From the NCBI RefSeq assembly GCF_009914755.1, contig NC_060927.1: a stretch of DNA of 64,000 nt; one strand, given 5' to 3'. Each line of letters begins with the position of its first letter. The first letter of the stretch is position 1. Made by a program: the position numbers and the translations under genes. The stretch comes from the human T2T-CHM13v2.0 reference genome, Homo sapiens. This document shows, in pieces, positions 1 to 14,112 of this stretch. A model generated the notes under the pieces. The model saw nothing but the letters and a program-made list of their open reading frames with translations, ran no database searches and had not been told where the DNA came from.

Positions 1-1159
1 TATAGGATATAAAAGAAAGGGGAGCAGTTAAATAAACTCCAAATTTCTATGAGAGAGTAACTGTGCTGCTGACAGATGTAAATGTAGGAAGAAAACTCTA
101 ATGGGTATGCTACAAGGAAAAGATGGCAAGTCTGTGTAAGGCATGTGGAGCTGGGGATGATGCATTGACACACAGTGGAAATATCTTAGAAATATGAGGA
201 GGTACACGTGGAAGTAGAAATGACAATCTAAATATAGTGAAAGTTGACACTGCGACTATGGGTAAGATTTTAAACACGGAAGAGAGCTCTGGACCAGGAA
301 TTTTAAAAGTATCTGAATGATATGAGTGTTTTTAAGTCGCTCAATCTCTTCTCTGTAGATTGAGGATAATACCTCTTCTCTTTACCTCATGGGGAAGATT
401 TAAAAATGAAATGGGGATAAGACTATTTAATAACATAAAGCATTTTGTATTATTTTATGTTTATTTAATATTTTGTGGGAAACACAATAATCATAGCAAC
501 AAAACTTAATTGGAACAATTGCTAAACTCAAGAAAGTCACGTGGTTTCTTAGTAAGTGTAGACAGTAATTCATTTGCTCTCTTGTATATAAATTGTCTAG
601 ATTCATTTTTGCTTCTCATGTATGCAGTGAAAACAGTGCTCATAACTAAGTAGATGTTTTAGTGAAATATCCTACCATGGCCACATTTAATATATTTCTC
701 CAATGCACTGAACTTTTGTTCCCAGTGTCATGAAATGTAGTCCACAGAATAGTGCTCTCATCTTATACGTTACACATACCCTCATTGTTTACAGCTAGTT
801 AAGTATTTATATCTGGAACTTCTCTTTGATGAGCCCTTTGACATTTTACTCTTCTCATTTTCAGAAGTTCCCTTTCTTCTTCCTTCCCTGACTTCTTTTG
901 TCCTGGAGCTCCATTTCAATCTCCCAACCTTTGTGAGCTCATCTCTGATGTCTCATTAGCATTTTTCCTACAATTTCTCAGGGATCTTAACACTTAGGCA
1001 ATTTTTGCATTTCTTCAAAAAATTTAAATATTTGAGTAAGTAGCTAAATATTAACAATGCATAAATTTTTAATACACATAAAATTAGTAGAAATATGAAC
1101 TCTTTTTAGATGATACATTTTAATGTTATGTAGTAGAAACTCTAAGCTGATTTTTAAAA

Positions 1160-1451
1160 ACCTTTTTATTGATACATAATAATTATACATTTAATGGGGG
1201 GTATATGTGATATTTTGATAAATGCATACAAGGTGTAACGATTAAATCAGGGTTACTAGGATATCCAGTACCTCAAACATTTATCTTTTCTTTGTATTAG
1301 AAATACTTTAAATCTCTTCTTTAGCTATTATGACTTATTATTAAATATCATTATTAACTATAGTAACCCAACTGTGCTATTGAACACTAGAACTTATTTC
1401 TTCTATCTGATTCTGTTTGTATTCATTAACCAACTCTTCTTCATCCCCAAC
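1160..1451 (-). mobile_element. L1MA-type LINE-1 3' end
   Basis: typical L1MA 3'UTR (ttgatacataataattatacat...aaccaactcttcttcatcccc). Confidence 0.85.
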
Positions 1452-1925
1452 TGCTGAGACCAGCTCAGTCGGGGAGACCCTAACCCAGCGGTGCTAGAGG
1501 AATTAAAGACACACACACAGAAATACAGAGGTGTGAAGTGGGAAATCAGGGGTCTCACAGCCTTCAGAGCTGAGAGCCCTGAACAGAGATTTACCCATGT
1601 ATTTATTAACAGCAAGCCAGTCATTAGCATTGTTTCTATGGATATTAAATTAACTAAAACTATCCCTTATGGGAAACGAAGGGATGGGCCTGATTAAAGG
1701 AATAGGTTGGGCTAGTTAACTGCAGCAGGAGCATGTCCTTAAGGCACCAATCGCTCATGCTATTATCTGTGGCTTCAGAATGCCTTTAAGCGGTTTTCCG
1801 CCCTGGGTGGGCCAGGTGTTCCTTGCCTTCATTCTGGTAAACCCACAACTTTCCAGTGTGGGCATTATGGCCATCATGAACATGTCACAGTGCTGCAGAG
1901 ATTTTGTTTATGGCCAGTTTTGGCC
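1452..1925 (-). mobile_element. MER9 solo LTR (HERV-K HML-3), 5' end missing
   Basis: close match to recalled MER9a consensus (..ggggagaccctaacccagcgg..gcggttttccgccctggg..). Confidence 0.9.
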
Positions 1926-2182
1926 AATCATAAGCAAAAAGAACAAAGTTGGAGGCCCCATGTTACTCAACTTCAAGCTATACTACAGGGCTGCAGTAAC
2001 CAAACAGCATGGTATTGGTACAAAAACAGGTAGCAGGTGTACAAAGAAGAGCTGATGCTGTTCCTATAGAAAGTATTCTAAAAAATTAAGGAGAAGACAC
2101 TCTATTCTGATAGTGAGCTCAGAAATAAGGCTGCATATCTACAACCATCTGACATCTTGTCATCTTTGATAAAGCTGACAAG
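1926..2182 (+). mobile_element. Patchwork of short sense-strand L1 ORF2 fragments
   Basis: agcaaaaagaacaaagttggagg / gtacaaagaagagctg / atctacaaccatctg..ctttgataaagctgaca are non-contiguous ORF2 pieces. Confidence 0.7.
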
Positions 2183-5100
2183 CATTCTTTTTTCTCTGTA
2201 TCCTCACTGGCATTTGTCATTTTTTTGATAATAGGCATTCTAACTGAGGTAAGGTGATATCTCATTGTAGTTTCTATTTGCATTTCCCTGATAATGTGAT
2301 ATGGAGCATGTTTATATATACTTGTTAGTCATTTGTATGCCTTCCTTAGAGAAAAGTCTATTCAGATCCTTTGTTTGTTTTTTTACTGTTGAGTTGTTGG
2401 ACTTCCTTGTATATTCTGAATATTAGTAGCTTGTTGGATACATAGTTAGCAAATATTATCTTCCATTCTACAGGTTGTCTCTTCACTCTTGATTGTTTCC
2501 TCTGCTATGGAGAAGCTTTTTACTGTAATGTAATTTCATGTGTCCAGCTTTGTTTTTGTTGCTTGTGCTTTTGAAGTCTTAGCCATAAAATCTTTGCCTA
2601 GACCAATGTCCTGAAGTGTTTTATGATTTCTTCTAGTAGTTTTACAGGTTTTGGTATTACATTTTAGTCTCTAATTCATTTTGAATTGATTTTTGTATAT
2701 GATGAGAGACAGAGATCTAGTTTTATTCTTCTGCATATGGATATCCACTTTTCCCAGCACCATTTATTGAAGAGCGTCCTTTCCACAATGTATGTTCTTG
2801 GTACCTTTGTTAAAAATCAGTTGGCTATAAATGTGTAAATTTATTTCTGGATTTTCTATTCTTTTTCATTGGTCAATGTGTCTGTTTTATATCAATACCA
2901 TACTTTTGATTACGATAGCTTTGTATTACATGTTGAAGCCAGATAATGTGACACTTCCACGTTTATTCTTTTTGCTCAGGATTGCTTTGACTATTAGTGG
3001 TTTTCTGTGGTTTCATACAAGTTTTAGTATTGTATTTTCTATTTCTGTAAACAGTGGCATTGGTATTTTGATAGGGATTGCATTGAATCTGTAGATTGAT
3101 TTGGGTAGTTTAGCCATTTTCATTAAATTAATTCTTCCAGTTCATGAGCATGGGATGTCTTTATATTCTTTGTGTGTGGCCTCTTCAATTTCTTTCATCA
3201 GTTTTTTGTAGTTTTCATAGTAGAATTCTTTCACCTCCTTGGTTCAATTTGTTCCTAGGCTTTTTTTGTAGCTATTTTAGGTGAAATTACTTTCTTGATT
3301 TTTTTTTTTTTTCAGACGGAGTCTCACTCTGTGGCCAGGCTGGAGTGCAGTGGTGCCGTCTCAGCTCACTGCAAGCTCCGCCTCCCAGGTTCAACTTTCT
3401 TGATTTTTCTTCCAGCTAATTTGTTATTGGTGTATAGAACTGATACTGAATTGTGTATGTTGGTTTTGCATCCTGCAACTTTACCAAATTTGTCAGTTCT
3501 AAGAGTTTTTGCTGGGGTTTTTAGTTTTTTCTACATATAAAATTGTGTTCTCTACAAAGAAAGACAATTTGGCTTCCTCTTTTTCAATGTGTATGTCTTT
3601 CATTTTTTTTTTCTGTTGCCTGATTGCTCTGGTGAGGGCTTCCAGTATTAAGTTTTTAGAGTGATGAAAGTGGGCATCTTTGTCTTGTTCCAATTCTTAG
3701 ATGAAAGGCTTTCAGCTTTTCCCCATTCAGTATGATGTTAGGTGTGGGTTTATCAAAAACGGCCTTTATTACATTGAAATGTGTTCCTTCTATGCATAAT
3801 TTGTTGAGAACTTTTATCATGAAAGGATGTTGAATTTTATCAAATTCTTTTACTGTATTTGTTAAAATAATCATATTTTTGTCCTTCATTTTGTTGATGT
3901 GATGTATTACTTTTATTGGTTTGTGTGTTTTAAACCATCCTGGCATCCCTGGGATAAACCCCACTTGATAATGTTTGACTCCTGTATCAGTGAGTTTCAT
4001 ACTTTCTGTGTTTTCATTATGGCAAATATCATCCTTTCATTTCCAGATATAATACCTCTGTAAGCATTTCATGCAGGGCCAGTCTAGTGATGATGAATTC
4101 TCTCAGTCTTTGTTTATGTGGAAAAGATTTCATTGCAGTTTTTAAGGATAACTTTCCTGGGTAAAAGTTTTCTTGGCTGGCAGCATTTTTTTTGTCAGCA
4201 ATTTGAATATACCATCCTATTCTCTCCTGACCTGTAAGTTTTCTATTGAGAAACCAGCTGTTAGTCTGATGGGAATCTCCATATATGTGACTGGACTCTT
4301 TTCTCTTGTTGTTTTTAGAGTTGTCTCTGTCTTTGAATTTTGACAGTTTGCCTATAACGCGCTTTGAAGAAGACCTTTTTGAGTTGAATCTATTTGGGGA
4401 TTTTGAGCTTCCTGTCTCAGACTGCCTATGTCTCTTGCAAGAATTGAGAATTTGGGCCACTAGGTGACATATGTAAGCACCAGCAGTGGAGGATCCAGGT
4501 GAGTGGGTCCTCAAGCCTCCAAGAAGCATGCTCAGGTGCCAGCAGTGGCAGCAGTGGGTCAGGTGGGTAGGTCCTCAGATCTTCAGGTGGTGTGCATGAC
4601 ATTGGAGTGGCAATAGTGGGGAGGCAGGCTAACCTTTGGGTTCTGAGTGGCATACATGGGGGCCAGCAGTGGTAGTGGCCAGCTGGGTAAGTCAGTCCCC
4701 AGGTCCCTGGGTGGCATGCATGAGTGGGTGCCAGTGGTGTTGGCAGTAAGCTTAGCAGGCTGCTCTTTGGTCTCTCAAGGGGTATGTGCAAGCATGAGTG
4801 ACAGTTGGGGTAGGCCCATCTTTAGGCCCCGGATGGCTTGCATGTATACCAGCAGTGGCAGGCAGAGCTGGTCAGTTTGTAGGACCCCTGCACAGTATGC
4901 ATGGGCAGTGGCAGTAGGTGGGATAGACCACCCTCTGGCCCCAGACAGTGTGCATGAGTGCCTGCAATGGCGGGCATGGCAGCTCCTTGGAAGATGTACA
5001 GAGGCACTGGGAGGCAGGGCAGACCTGTCCTCAGGCTCCTGGATGGTGCATGCAGGCACTGGTGGTGGCAGGTGTCACAGATGAATCTCCAAGTCTCCAG

Positions 5101-5203
5101 AAGATGTGTCCAGGTGCCAGCAAAGCCAGCAGCATATGGGCCAGGCCTATCTTTAGGCTTCTGGATGGTGCACACAGGCGCTGGCAGCGGCAGTCAGGGT
5201 AGG
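2183..5203 (-). mobile_element. Degraded L1 (ORF2 RT region, ORF1, GC-rich tandem-repeat 5'UTR) with internal deletion
   Basis: ORF2-like [21 protein letters not shown] and ORF1-like RLREFIITRLALHEML; ORF1 joins RT directly near 3970; ~60-bp degenerate repeats at 4450-5200. Confidence 0.9.
3301..3393 (-). mobile_element. 5'-truncated Alu (AluY-like) inside L1
   Basis: poly-T plus Alu 3' arm; TSD actttcttgattttt at 3289 and 3394. Confidence 0.9.
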
Positions 5204-6433
5204 AAACGTAAGACATTTTGCAAATATATATTGTTATTCTTCTCCATACTTATTTCCCTGCCCCACCCACGATCATATTTCATAATAAAAATAAATAAAT
5301 CATCATATGATAATTAGAGTAATAACATTAACAAGTAATCACAAAAACACATACTTGTTAATATGCAAATAAATCTAATTTATGTTCTACTGTGTATCAC
5401 AGAGATGAAGAAATCTAAAATAACATGAGATAAAACATAGAAAAGCAATCTTGTTTCTGTAGTTTAGTAAGTGCTAAGTATTGTGCAATGACAGTTATAT
5501 GCATTATTTAATTTAATCTTCATAGCAACTCTATAAAGTAGAAATTATCCTGTTATGTCAATGTGATATGTAAGCATTTAGGTAACTTTTCTATGGTTCA
5601 CATAATTAATGCCATATCATCATCTAATCTAGGATGACAGTAACATTATTGTTTTATTTACCACTCATGGGGGCAAAAATATGGCGAATTAGACTACAAC
5701 ATGCCATCAATTACAACATTGTGCCTCAATTTCATAAATATTACATGTACAGGAAAAAAGGTATCTTGTTAATTGATGAAATATTGTAATTGATAGCTAT
5801 GAAATCCTTTTTTGTTTTCAATCAATACACAATACCACTCCCCAAAAGAAAAATGATTTATAAATCCCTGTTTCAGGGTTGTCATTGTTTCTCTAATACT
5901 TGGTACCACAATCAGCTAGATTTGGATTATGGTCCAATGAGCTTTAAGCCAAACAAGCAAGGAGGCATATATTGTTTCACCAGCTATACCCCATTTTATT
6001 TCATGGTATTTCCCGTTAAGAAGAATCATGGCAGGATCTGAGACTCAAAAGCTATTCTAAACATTAGACCACTACCGATATTACTGAATTTTTTTGAAAT
6101 ATAGCCAGAATGGCTCTTCTGTGATAAGAAAGAATCAAGTGTCCAAGAGAGATTTAGAAATGACTGAAAACTCTCTCACAAAGAAGAGAGACCATTATAC
6201 CCAAATAAGTTGTCATACAGATGTCTAGTTGGCTTCATTAAAAGTCTTATAATCAATGAGGATTCAAGATATATTTTGTTGCATTACTAAATGAGGGTTT
6301 TCTTTTTTCATCACGATCCCAAAAAGTAAACACTGAGAACCCACACAACACAAAGTATATTTGTTTGGCTTTACAAAGTGTATTGAAAATTATTTCTATT
6401 ATTTAACTCACATATTGTCACTTTGAAATTATA

Positions 6434-6523
6434 TCTCCCCTCCAAGTACTAACCATGGCAGACCCTGCTCAGCTTCTGAGATCAGATGAGATTGGGCATG
6501 CTCAGGGTGGTAGGGCCAGAGAC
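6434..6523 (-). pseudogene. 5S rRNA retropseudogene, 3'-truncated, no poly(A) tail
   Basis: reverse complement matches 5S rRNA nt ~1-90; flanking direct repeat actttga(a/g)attat at 6420-6432 and 6524-6536. Confidence 0.95.
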
Positions 6524-7012
6524 ACTTTGAGATTATGTCTACAAAACAATCAATAAAGGTAATACTGAAGCCACTTGTGAACCGTATACCACAAATGAGA
6601 AATTACACTATAAGTTGCCAACGAAATATTTTCACAAAGCATCAACTACGCTCAGTCTCTCTAATGCTGTCCCCAACCTCCAGTCCTCTCTAAGACTACA
6701 CACATGAATACAATCAGAAGGAGCTGGTGTCACCTCAGATATCACCACTCAGCCTAGTATATACTTCAGATCCCTTAGACATGTTAGGCAAGGGACCACA
6801 AAAGGCCATGAGACAAACCAACAATGAAAGGGAAAGGGAAGGGGAACACATTCATCCCAGTTATTTACACTAAGTTAAAAATCTCCAGATAGAATCACAG
6901 GTGTTTACCTGATTTATACAAGACTGTGAACTCCAAAAGGGCAGTGCTGGGACCCACTCATCTGTATTCCCAGAGTTTAGCATAGGGGTGACACTCAGTA
7001 AAAACTGGATGG

Positions 7013-7165
7013 GGTCAGGCATGATGGCTCACACCTGTAATCTCAGCATTTTTGAAGACTGAGGTGGGATGATTTTGAGACCATCCTGGGCAGTAAAAAA
7101 AGACTACATCTCTACAAAAAAATTAAAAGTGTACCAGGCATTGTGGCACACACCTGTAGTCCCAG
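7013..7165 (+). mobile_element. Old Alu (AluJ-like), partial
   Basis: left monomer plus start of right monomer. Confidence 0.8.
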
Positions 7166-8329
7166 AATCCTGATCCTAATAGTCATGTAGGAACGATCCA
7201 ACTCAGTTTTGCATAACTAACCAAATATAACTTAAAAGAATTTTTGACCAGGGGTTTTATGACAAATGAATTTATTAAGAATAATCAAAGCCACACTTTT
7301 TAAATGAGAATATATCACATTTACATATCTATGATAAACTCTAAGAGATAACTTAAGGATATTCAGTGGGTTATGCTATCAAACTCCAGATTCTTTTGCA
7401 CATATAATAACCCATACGAGTGGAGCAGGGGAGTAGCTATTATCCTCTGATAGCTCCCATGCTATTGTTTGTTTCAGTTGTCAGCAACTGAGATGCTCAT
7501 GCCTGATTTCAGAGCCCTCCTTACTAATTATTGGTCTTGTTTGCTTGCTTTTTATGTTTGAAGTATTATATTTTATCACATTTTCAAAACATTTTATGCT
7601 CTTGGCGATGCTTTCATACATATTTCTTGGGATATAGTTGGTGCTTCCATGAACATTTTTGAATGAAGGAATAAATGAGTAATTATACTTGTGCTGTCAA
7701 AAACTTCTTAAACGCTAGCCTCTCTGAAGACAAGAGCAACAACTTCGTAAAGCAGTGCAATGTGTACAGAAAAATTTCTATAGGAACCTTTATGATTCAC
7801 AATGTATTTTTATGAACAGCATTTCATTTCATTCTTATGATAGCCTTGTGACTGACATGAAAGTAAACACATTACATCGTAGTGAGTGGTAGTATGTATA
7901 AGACGCAGAGGAAGGAATGATGGACTCTATCTGGGAAGGCATCCTGCAAGTGTTGACCTACAAATTGAGTTTTGAAGGCAAAATAGATTGCTTTTAGGTA
8001 GGCCTGAGCAGGATAGACATTCCAGACAGAAGGACGAGCATGTTCAAAGGCAGATCAGGCATCATTATTCCCATTTATTGAAGGCTTAACGCCCAGTTAG
8101 TGAGTGATAGGTAGGACTTGAATCTACTTCTGATTTTTAAGTCCTGCATTATTTCACTACATTTTATTATACTTCTAGTTCATTTAGTATTAGCCAATCA
8201 GTTGGTACACCTGAAAGATAGGAACTGAAAAACAGCTACAGGCTTCCTCAGAAATAACTTGTTGGGGCACTACAGTAAAATCCATAAAGAAGAAAATTCA
8301 AAGATAGGTAATAATCTGTGAAAATAAAT

Positions 8330-8526
8330 CTAGGTGACAACAGGAAATAAGGACCCAACATCAGAGGCAACCCAACTGAAGGAAATCAAACACCTAATAG
8401 ATGCCCTGAATAAACATAATAACAATAGTAATCCAGAAAATAAGTCACTGTAAGTATCCAACTTTGGAATACACCCCAGGAGAAGATTAAATAAGTCATC
8501 ATGAAAACAGACCAAGTAGGATTCCA
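8330..8526 (-). pseudogene. Possible downstream/terminal fossil exon
   Basis: ttttcttattag| followed by a 65-codon open frame; phase link unresolved. Confidence 0.35.
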
Positions 8527-8599
8527 CTAATAAGAAAATATTTTATTTTTTAAAAACCACACTAAGTTAATAACTATTTTTAAAAATCATTATATAAAA

Positions 8600-8780
8600 C
8601 CTATTAAAATGTCCTCACATCCCACAGTAGACATTGTTTTTGCTATAAAAATGTGAAAATATTTTTATAATTTTCCTTTTTAAGTTATTTGGATCTGACT
8701 AGTTTATTTAATTTATGATCATCAAGTATCCAGCAATCATGGTACATGCTTCAGAATTCTTGTAAGTGAGGAAACTTAAC
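8600..8780 (-). pseudogene. Possible fossil exon (end uncertain)
   Basis: atttttag|, phase-2 start; WLSFLTYKNSEACTMIAGYLMIIN*. Confidence 0.45.
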
Positions 8781-8888
8781 CTAAAAATTGTTTTCAAATA
8801 TTATAAAATGTTTGTAAATATTAACTATTAATCAAGCTTATATAATATTACATTTTAAAGCTACTAGGTATTTTTGAATTAATATCAC

Positions 8889-9003
8889 CAGGATTTTTCA
8901 TATTTAGGGGCCAGTAAATTGTATCTTTCACATCTGCTAAAAATGCCATAAATCCCTGGCATTATATCTGTATGTCCACATTGGCCAGTATATAATAAGG
9001 GAC
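8889..9003 (-). pseudogene. Fossil exon
   Basis: 115 nt, phase 1-2, open: GPLLYTGQCGHTDIMPGIYGIFSRCERYNLLAPKYEKS. Confidence 0.7.
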
Positions 9004-9124
9004 CTACTTAAAAATTTATATATGTACATATGATGTGTGCAGATTTAAAGTAATGAATCTAAGTTACAGGGTCAGGTGTACTCTTCTATTTTCAAAATAT
9101 TTATATTTTATTTTAATATTTTAC

Positions 9125-9371
9125 CTGATTTTAGTAACAGATTTCTAATGTTAAGAAGCATAGCATCCAGGTATACTATTGCAGTTTCTTTCCCTATGGC
9201 TTCCAACATTTTCCAATGCAGAGCTGACCTTTTGTCATTTACATACAACTCCACTTAGAGATAGTAGGATTCATACAATGAGACCTGCCATAGAGTTGCT
9301 TTCCTGCACAAGCTGTCGGGAATTAAACAGTGTTAAAAGTGCACACTTTAAAAATACTCAGTGAGTTGAAA
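9125..9371 (-). pseudogene. Fossil exon (AAA6 lid-like, 1 frameshift)
   Basis: long pyrimidine tract + ttag|, cag|gtaaaa; STH*VFLKCALLTLFNSRQLVQESNSMAG../VELYVNDKRSALHWKMLEAIGKETAIVYLDAMLLNIRNLLLKS. Confidence 0.75.
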
Positions 9372-9431
9372 CTAAGTGAAATAAAACAAAACAAGAAAGG
9401 CAACCATTTTTTTTTTTTCCCAAAAATTGTG

Positions 9432-10170
<739 letters not shown>

Positions 10171-10188
10171 CTATGTCAATAATCTTGC

Positions 10189-10366
10189 CATCCGGCCTTC
10201 CCCAAAAGCTTTCTATCAGAAGCATATGGTAGGAGATTTTAACAAGAAGGGAATGTGATTTAACTATAAATGAGATTAAGTCCCAGCTCATGCACACATC
10301 TAAGCAGATTTTGTGAAAAAAGAGTTTTTGTGGGGGAAACATCTTATTCAAAGTATGAAGACATTC
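10189..10366 (-). pseudogene. Fossil exon
   Basis: aaacag|, g|gcaaga; 178 nt, phase 0-1, fully open: ECLHTLNKMFPPQKLFFHKICLDVCMSWDLISFIVKSHSLLVKISYHMLLIESFWGRPD. Confidence 0.75.
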
Positions 10367-10663
10367 CTGTTTGAATACTTTAAAATAGTGTTCTAAGTTT
10401 AACCTGAAAAGCCAATTATCCCAGAAAACACCCAGGAAATCAGTGTGAAGACAGGCATCAAAATTAAGCTACCAATATTTCCCTAGTCTTGCCAGTTATT
10501 TCTTTTTTGTTTCTGACTCTGACCAAGAAATGGAGCAACAACGGATATCATGGCTTGTCTGGATACATCTTTCCATCAGGCTTGTATTGAAGCCCTGTAA
10601 TATTACACAGGACTACAGAGTAAGCATCAACAGTGACAGTGGGTGGTAGCTCAATTAATAGAC

Positions 10664-11060
10664 ATTCATTCATTCACCTATTTATTGCACATTGATAGTG
10701 AGAATGTGGTCTGTTCTTAATGCTTGAGATACAGAGACATCTCTGCCCTAAAGAAGCTCAAAATCAGGTATAAAGCTATGAATCAATTATTTATAAATTG
10801 GAATCAATATATCAACAAAGAAAGTGATAAAGTAGAAGCCTGTACAAATGTAGAGTCACAGAACAGAGAAGAAAGAGATTAATAACATTTGCAGAGACTC
10901 AAGAAAGAATCATTAGAAAAGATAATATTTCTTCTAAGCATGTAAAGATGAGTAGGAGTTTACCAGACGACGGAAAACTCATTCCAGGCAGAAAGAAGAC
11001 TGTGTGCAAAGGCCCATGGTTTGAAAAAAAACTAGTGTATTTGGGGAACTTACATTTAGC
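10664..11060 (-). mobile_element. L2 3' fragment
   Basis: cattcattcattc..tttattg tail and ttccaggcaga motif. Confidence 0.7.
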
Positions 11061-11084
11061 TTGGGTTTCCTAGAGCTGGGAATA

Positions 11085-11278
11085 CACGTGTCTATTGAAC
11101 ACTTGAAATGTGTGTAGTATCAAAAGTTAATTAACATGATAATATTCTGGGTAACCTATTGTTGTTTGGAGGTATTTCTTTTATTTGGTTAGTTGGTTTT
11201 TCCTCTCTTAATATGGCTACTAGAAAATTTTAAATTTCATATGTAACTTGAATTATATTTTTATTGGACAATGCTATC
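11085..11278. mobile_element. MER3/MER33-like hAT MITE
   Basis: ggctactagaaaattttaaatt..ttattggaca. Confidence 0.65.
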
Positions 11279-11616
11279 ATAGAGTATAGAAAATGAAGAA
11301 CTAATTATGAGAGATAAAGGTGGATTAACAGGCAGGGGCCTATTATGAAGAGCTTTATGTGACGTGAAAGATAGTCTCAACTTGCTCTCCAGAAAAATCT
11401 CATATAATAATCAAAGAGCAGTCATGGGAGGTAGTGTGATAGGGACATTGCAGGGGTAGGAAAATCTTGCAAAACTCCTAGGAAGGCAAAAAGGAGAGGA
11501 TTGAGGCAAGACTCCAAAGGTAATCACCACTTAGGTGGGTAGATCTGCATAATGAGAAGAGGAAGATTAGTTGGACGGAGTGATCACAGCCCAGAGCATA
11601 GCACATATCATTTTAC

Positions 11617-11908
11617 AGTGGCTTGCATCACAAGTTCTCATCATCCAATTATTAGGACTTTGTATTTCCCAACGGAAGCAGGAAATAGTGCCTGGCTGCA
11701 CTCTAGACACTGTAACTGCAGGTTACACTGGGCCTTGTAACGGTAATGTGACTTTACTTAATGAACACTCTTCCTATCATTTAATACCCAACTTGGGAAT
11801 AGATCTTATCTTGGCAGATAACGGGTCATGCTCTCCAGGAACAAGCAGAAAATTGAAGGAAGTGATGTTTTCAAGGCAGCAGATGGCACTCTTTTCTATG
11901 CTTCAGTA
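11617..11908 (-). pseudogene. Fossil exon (AAA6-like)
   Basis: acttttag|, act|gtaaaa; 292 nt, phase 2-0; ..SLPSIFCLFLESMTRYLPR*DLFPSWVLNDRKSVH*VKSHYRY.. Confidence 0.75.
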
Positions 11909-12693
11909 CTAAAAGTTTCAATGAAAGAAGCTCTGTCTTCTATAGAGAATCAAAAATTTAAAAGACTGCAGCACTTTTCGGGAAAGTGAGGGATGCTTGG
12001 TTCTGAAGTCTGATCTACATAGAAATGTTCATGCCAAGTTCTAGAAATTTATTTATTCTAAGGAAATGATTTGAGAGAAGGAGGGCATGGAAAACATATG
12101 CATAATAATGGGCATTGCAGCACCATTTATAAAATTAAAAGCAATATAAATACTCATAGATAGGATATGGGGAAATTTTTGTCCATGTAGTTAATATAAT
12201 ACAATACAATATAATATAATATAATTAAACCATAAAAATGACAGCAGTTGAAAAATGCTTCTTGGCTAGATACAGTAAAAATGGTATTTATATAAAACAA
12301 TCTTTGATCTGTAAATACACAAAAAGTGTATGTATTATACATGTACATATATATACACACATGAATATTAGACTGAAATTTTTGATACAGAAATGAACAT
12401 AGTTGTTTAAGGGCGCTGGGATTATTAATGCCCTTGTTTTTCACATTTCAAGTAGTATCTAAGTAATTGCCTAAATATGACAGCATAGCTTCCCCTCCTA
12501 AGAGAGACTTACCCAGGAAGCCCCAGGGTAATCTGTGCTTTAGGTAATTTTGAAATAGGGAAAGAAAGTTAAAGTAGTCAAAGACTCACCAAAGCTCCAC
12601 CAGGTGGTCAGGCACTGGGAAAATTGACCTAGCACAGTGTCTAGAGCTAGCTTTCTCTAGACTTGCTGTTGGACCTGATGCAGCATTTCTTAC

Positions 12694-12854
12694 CTTCCTC
12701 GAGGATGCTGTTAAGAAAGAACTGGCTACTCGAAAGTGAAGCTCTGGTGTTTCAACTCCAGAGCTTGCATCCAAAAAGTACATGAGGTTGTAATGATGGA
12801 TAGTTGTTGGAATAACCATTGTTCTCACTGGTCCCTAGAAAGGGATCTGTGGCT
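12694..12854 (-). pseudogene. Fossil exon
   Basis: ctttctccccattgcag|, aag|gtaaga; 161 nt, phase 0-2; SHRSLSRDQ*EQWLFQQLSIITTSCTFWMQALELKHQSFTFE*.. Confidence 0.7.
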
Positions 12855-13039
12855 CTGCAATGGGGAGAAAGACAGGTTGCTGTTTGCTTCTCATGTCAGC
12901 ACTATGGCTCAGAAGGAAGCACCATAGCCGCAGTCACCCCAGGGAAGTATGAGGCACAGTCTCCAACACCACTGAGGCATCGCCGCTGCAAGATTGATTC
13001 TGCCTTAGGGGAGGCAAGACAAGGCTGAATGTACAATGT

Positions 13040-13275
13040 GTAACTACCATTCGCTGAGCCTCCATTGTTAAGCAATCTTTGTGTCAGGTGCTTTACGCAT
13101 GTTATATGCCTTACCTTCAGAGCAACTCTAGACAGGTTTTACAAGCCCCACTTTGCCCAGGAGGAAACTGAGACCCAGAGAGATTGATTATTATATACAA
13201 GCTTTCTTAATAAGAAAATTACTGAGTTGAAATGAAACTCAGTTATCTGATGCCATGCTCTTTTCACAACACTAC
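13040..13275 (-). mobile_element. MIR
   Basis: gaggaaactgagacccagagag core. Confidence 0.7.
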
Positions 13276-14112
13276 TTAAATGCAAACGGTCCCCTCTCCT
13301 GAAACCTGGCATGCACTGGCTCCTGGATAAGCTTCTCCTTGACTATAGACTCTTAGGGGCTAAAGAAATGAGAGCACAACAGAATATTGAGTTTCAAGTT
13401 ACTCAGAACTCCCTCAGGAAAACTTCCTTGTTTTACAAATGCAGAAAATAAACCCCAAGGGGATAAGATTCTATTTTAAAACAATATTTGTACAGTACTG
13501 TTATGGGCTGAATTATGCCTCTCCAAAATTCATATATTGAACCTCTATTACCTAGTACCTCAGAATATGACTGCATTTGGGGTAAGAGTCACATTTAGGT
13601 TAGTTTTTATAAAATGAAAGAGTTGTATAATGTCAGAGAACAGGCTTTCATTCTAAATGAGATTCTTTCTCCTTCTGAGGTTAAGCTAAGTGAAATGTCT
13701 TTTGGGCAGAATCACAGAACATTAGAGACTACTTGTTGAGATTATCTCACCTTTTCTCATTGTCTAGATGAATACATAGGACCAAAGAGAAAGAATTTTT
13801 GCACTTATTGTACCAAGATATGTTCCTTTCTTTCATGAAATTGAGAGTACAACAAGTAATTGGCAGCACTTAGTGTCAGTATTGCTCTTATGCATTTAAC
13901 TATAAACAGAAGGGAGAATATTTTTAATGTTTTCTTTACTTAAAAAAGAAATCCTACAAACAAGTTGATATTCTTGTGTCACAATAAAAATACTCTGTCT
14001 GTTCCCAATTTGTCAAAAGGACAAGAATTTTCAAGCTCTCGACAGGACCCTTAGAATTTAATCATTTAAAAAAAAATGTTTTAAGTTTCTACTGAGAGTT
14101 CTTCTCAATTAT

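Noticed and set aside
3499-5317. Cluster of 60-166 aa ORFs
   Set aside because: Broken L1 ORF2/ORF1 and GC-rich L1 5'UTR repeats.
8335-8761. Plus-strand exon-like blocks with gtaagt donors
   Set aside because: Isolated, with no phase-consistent chain; they overlap the minus-strand fossil exons.
11571-11912. 113-aa plus-strand ORF (also 42762-43076 and 48597-49129)
   Set aside because: Antisense shadows of minus-strand fossil exons.
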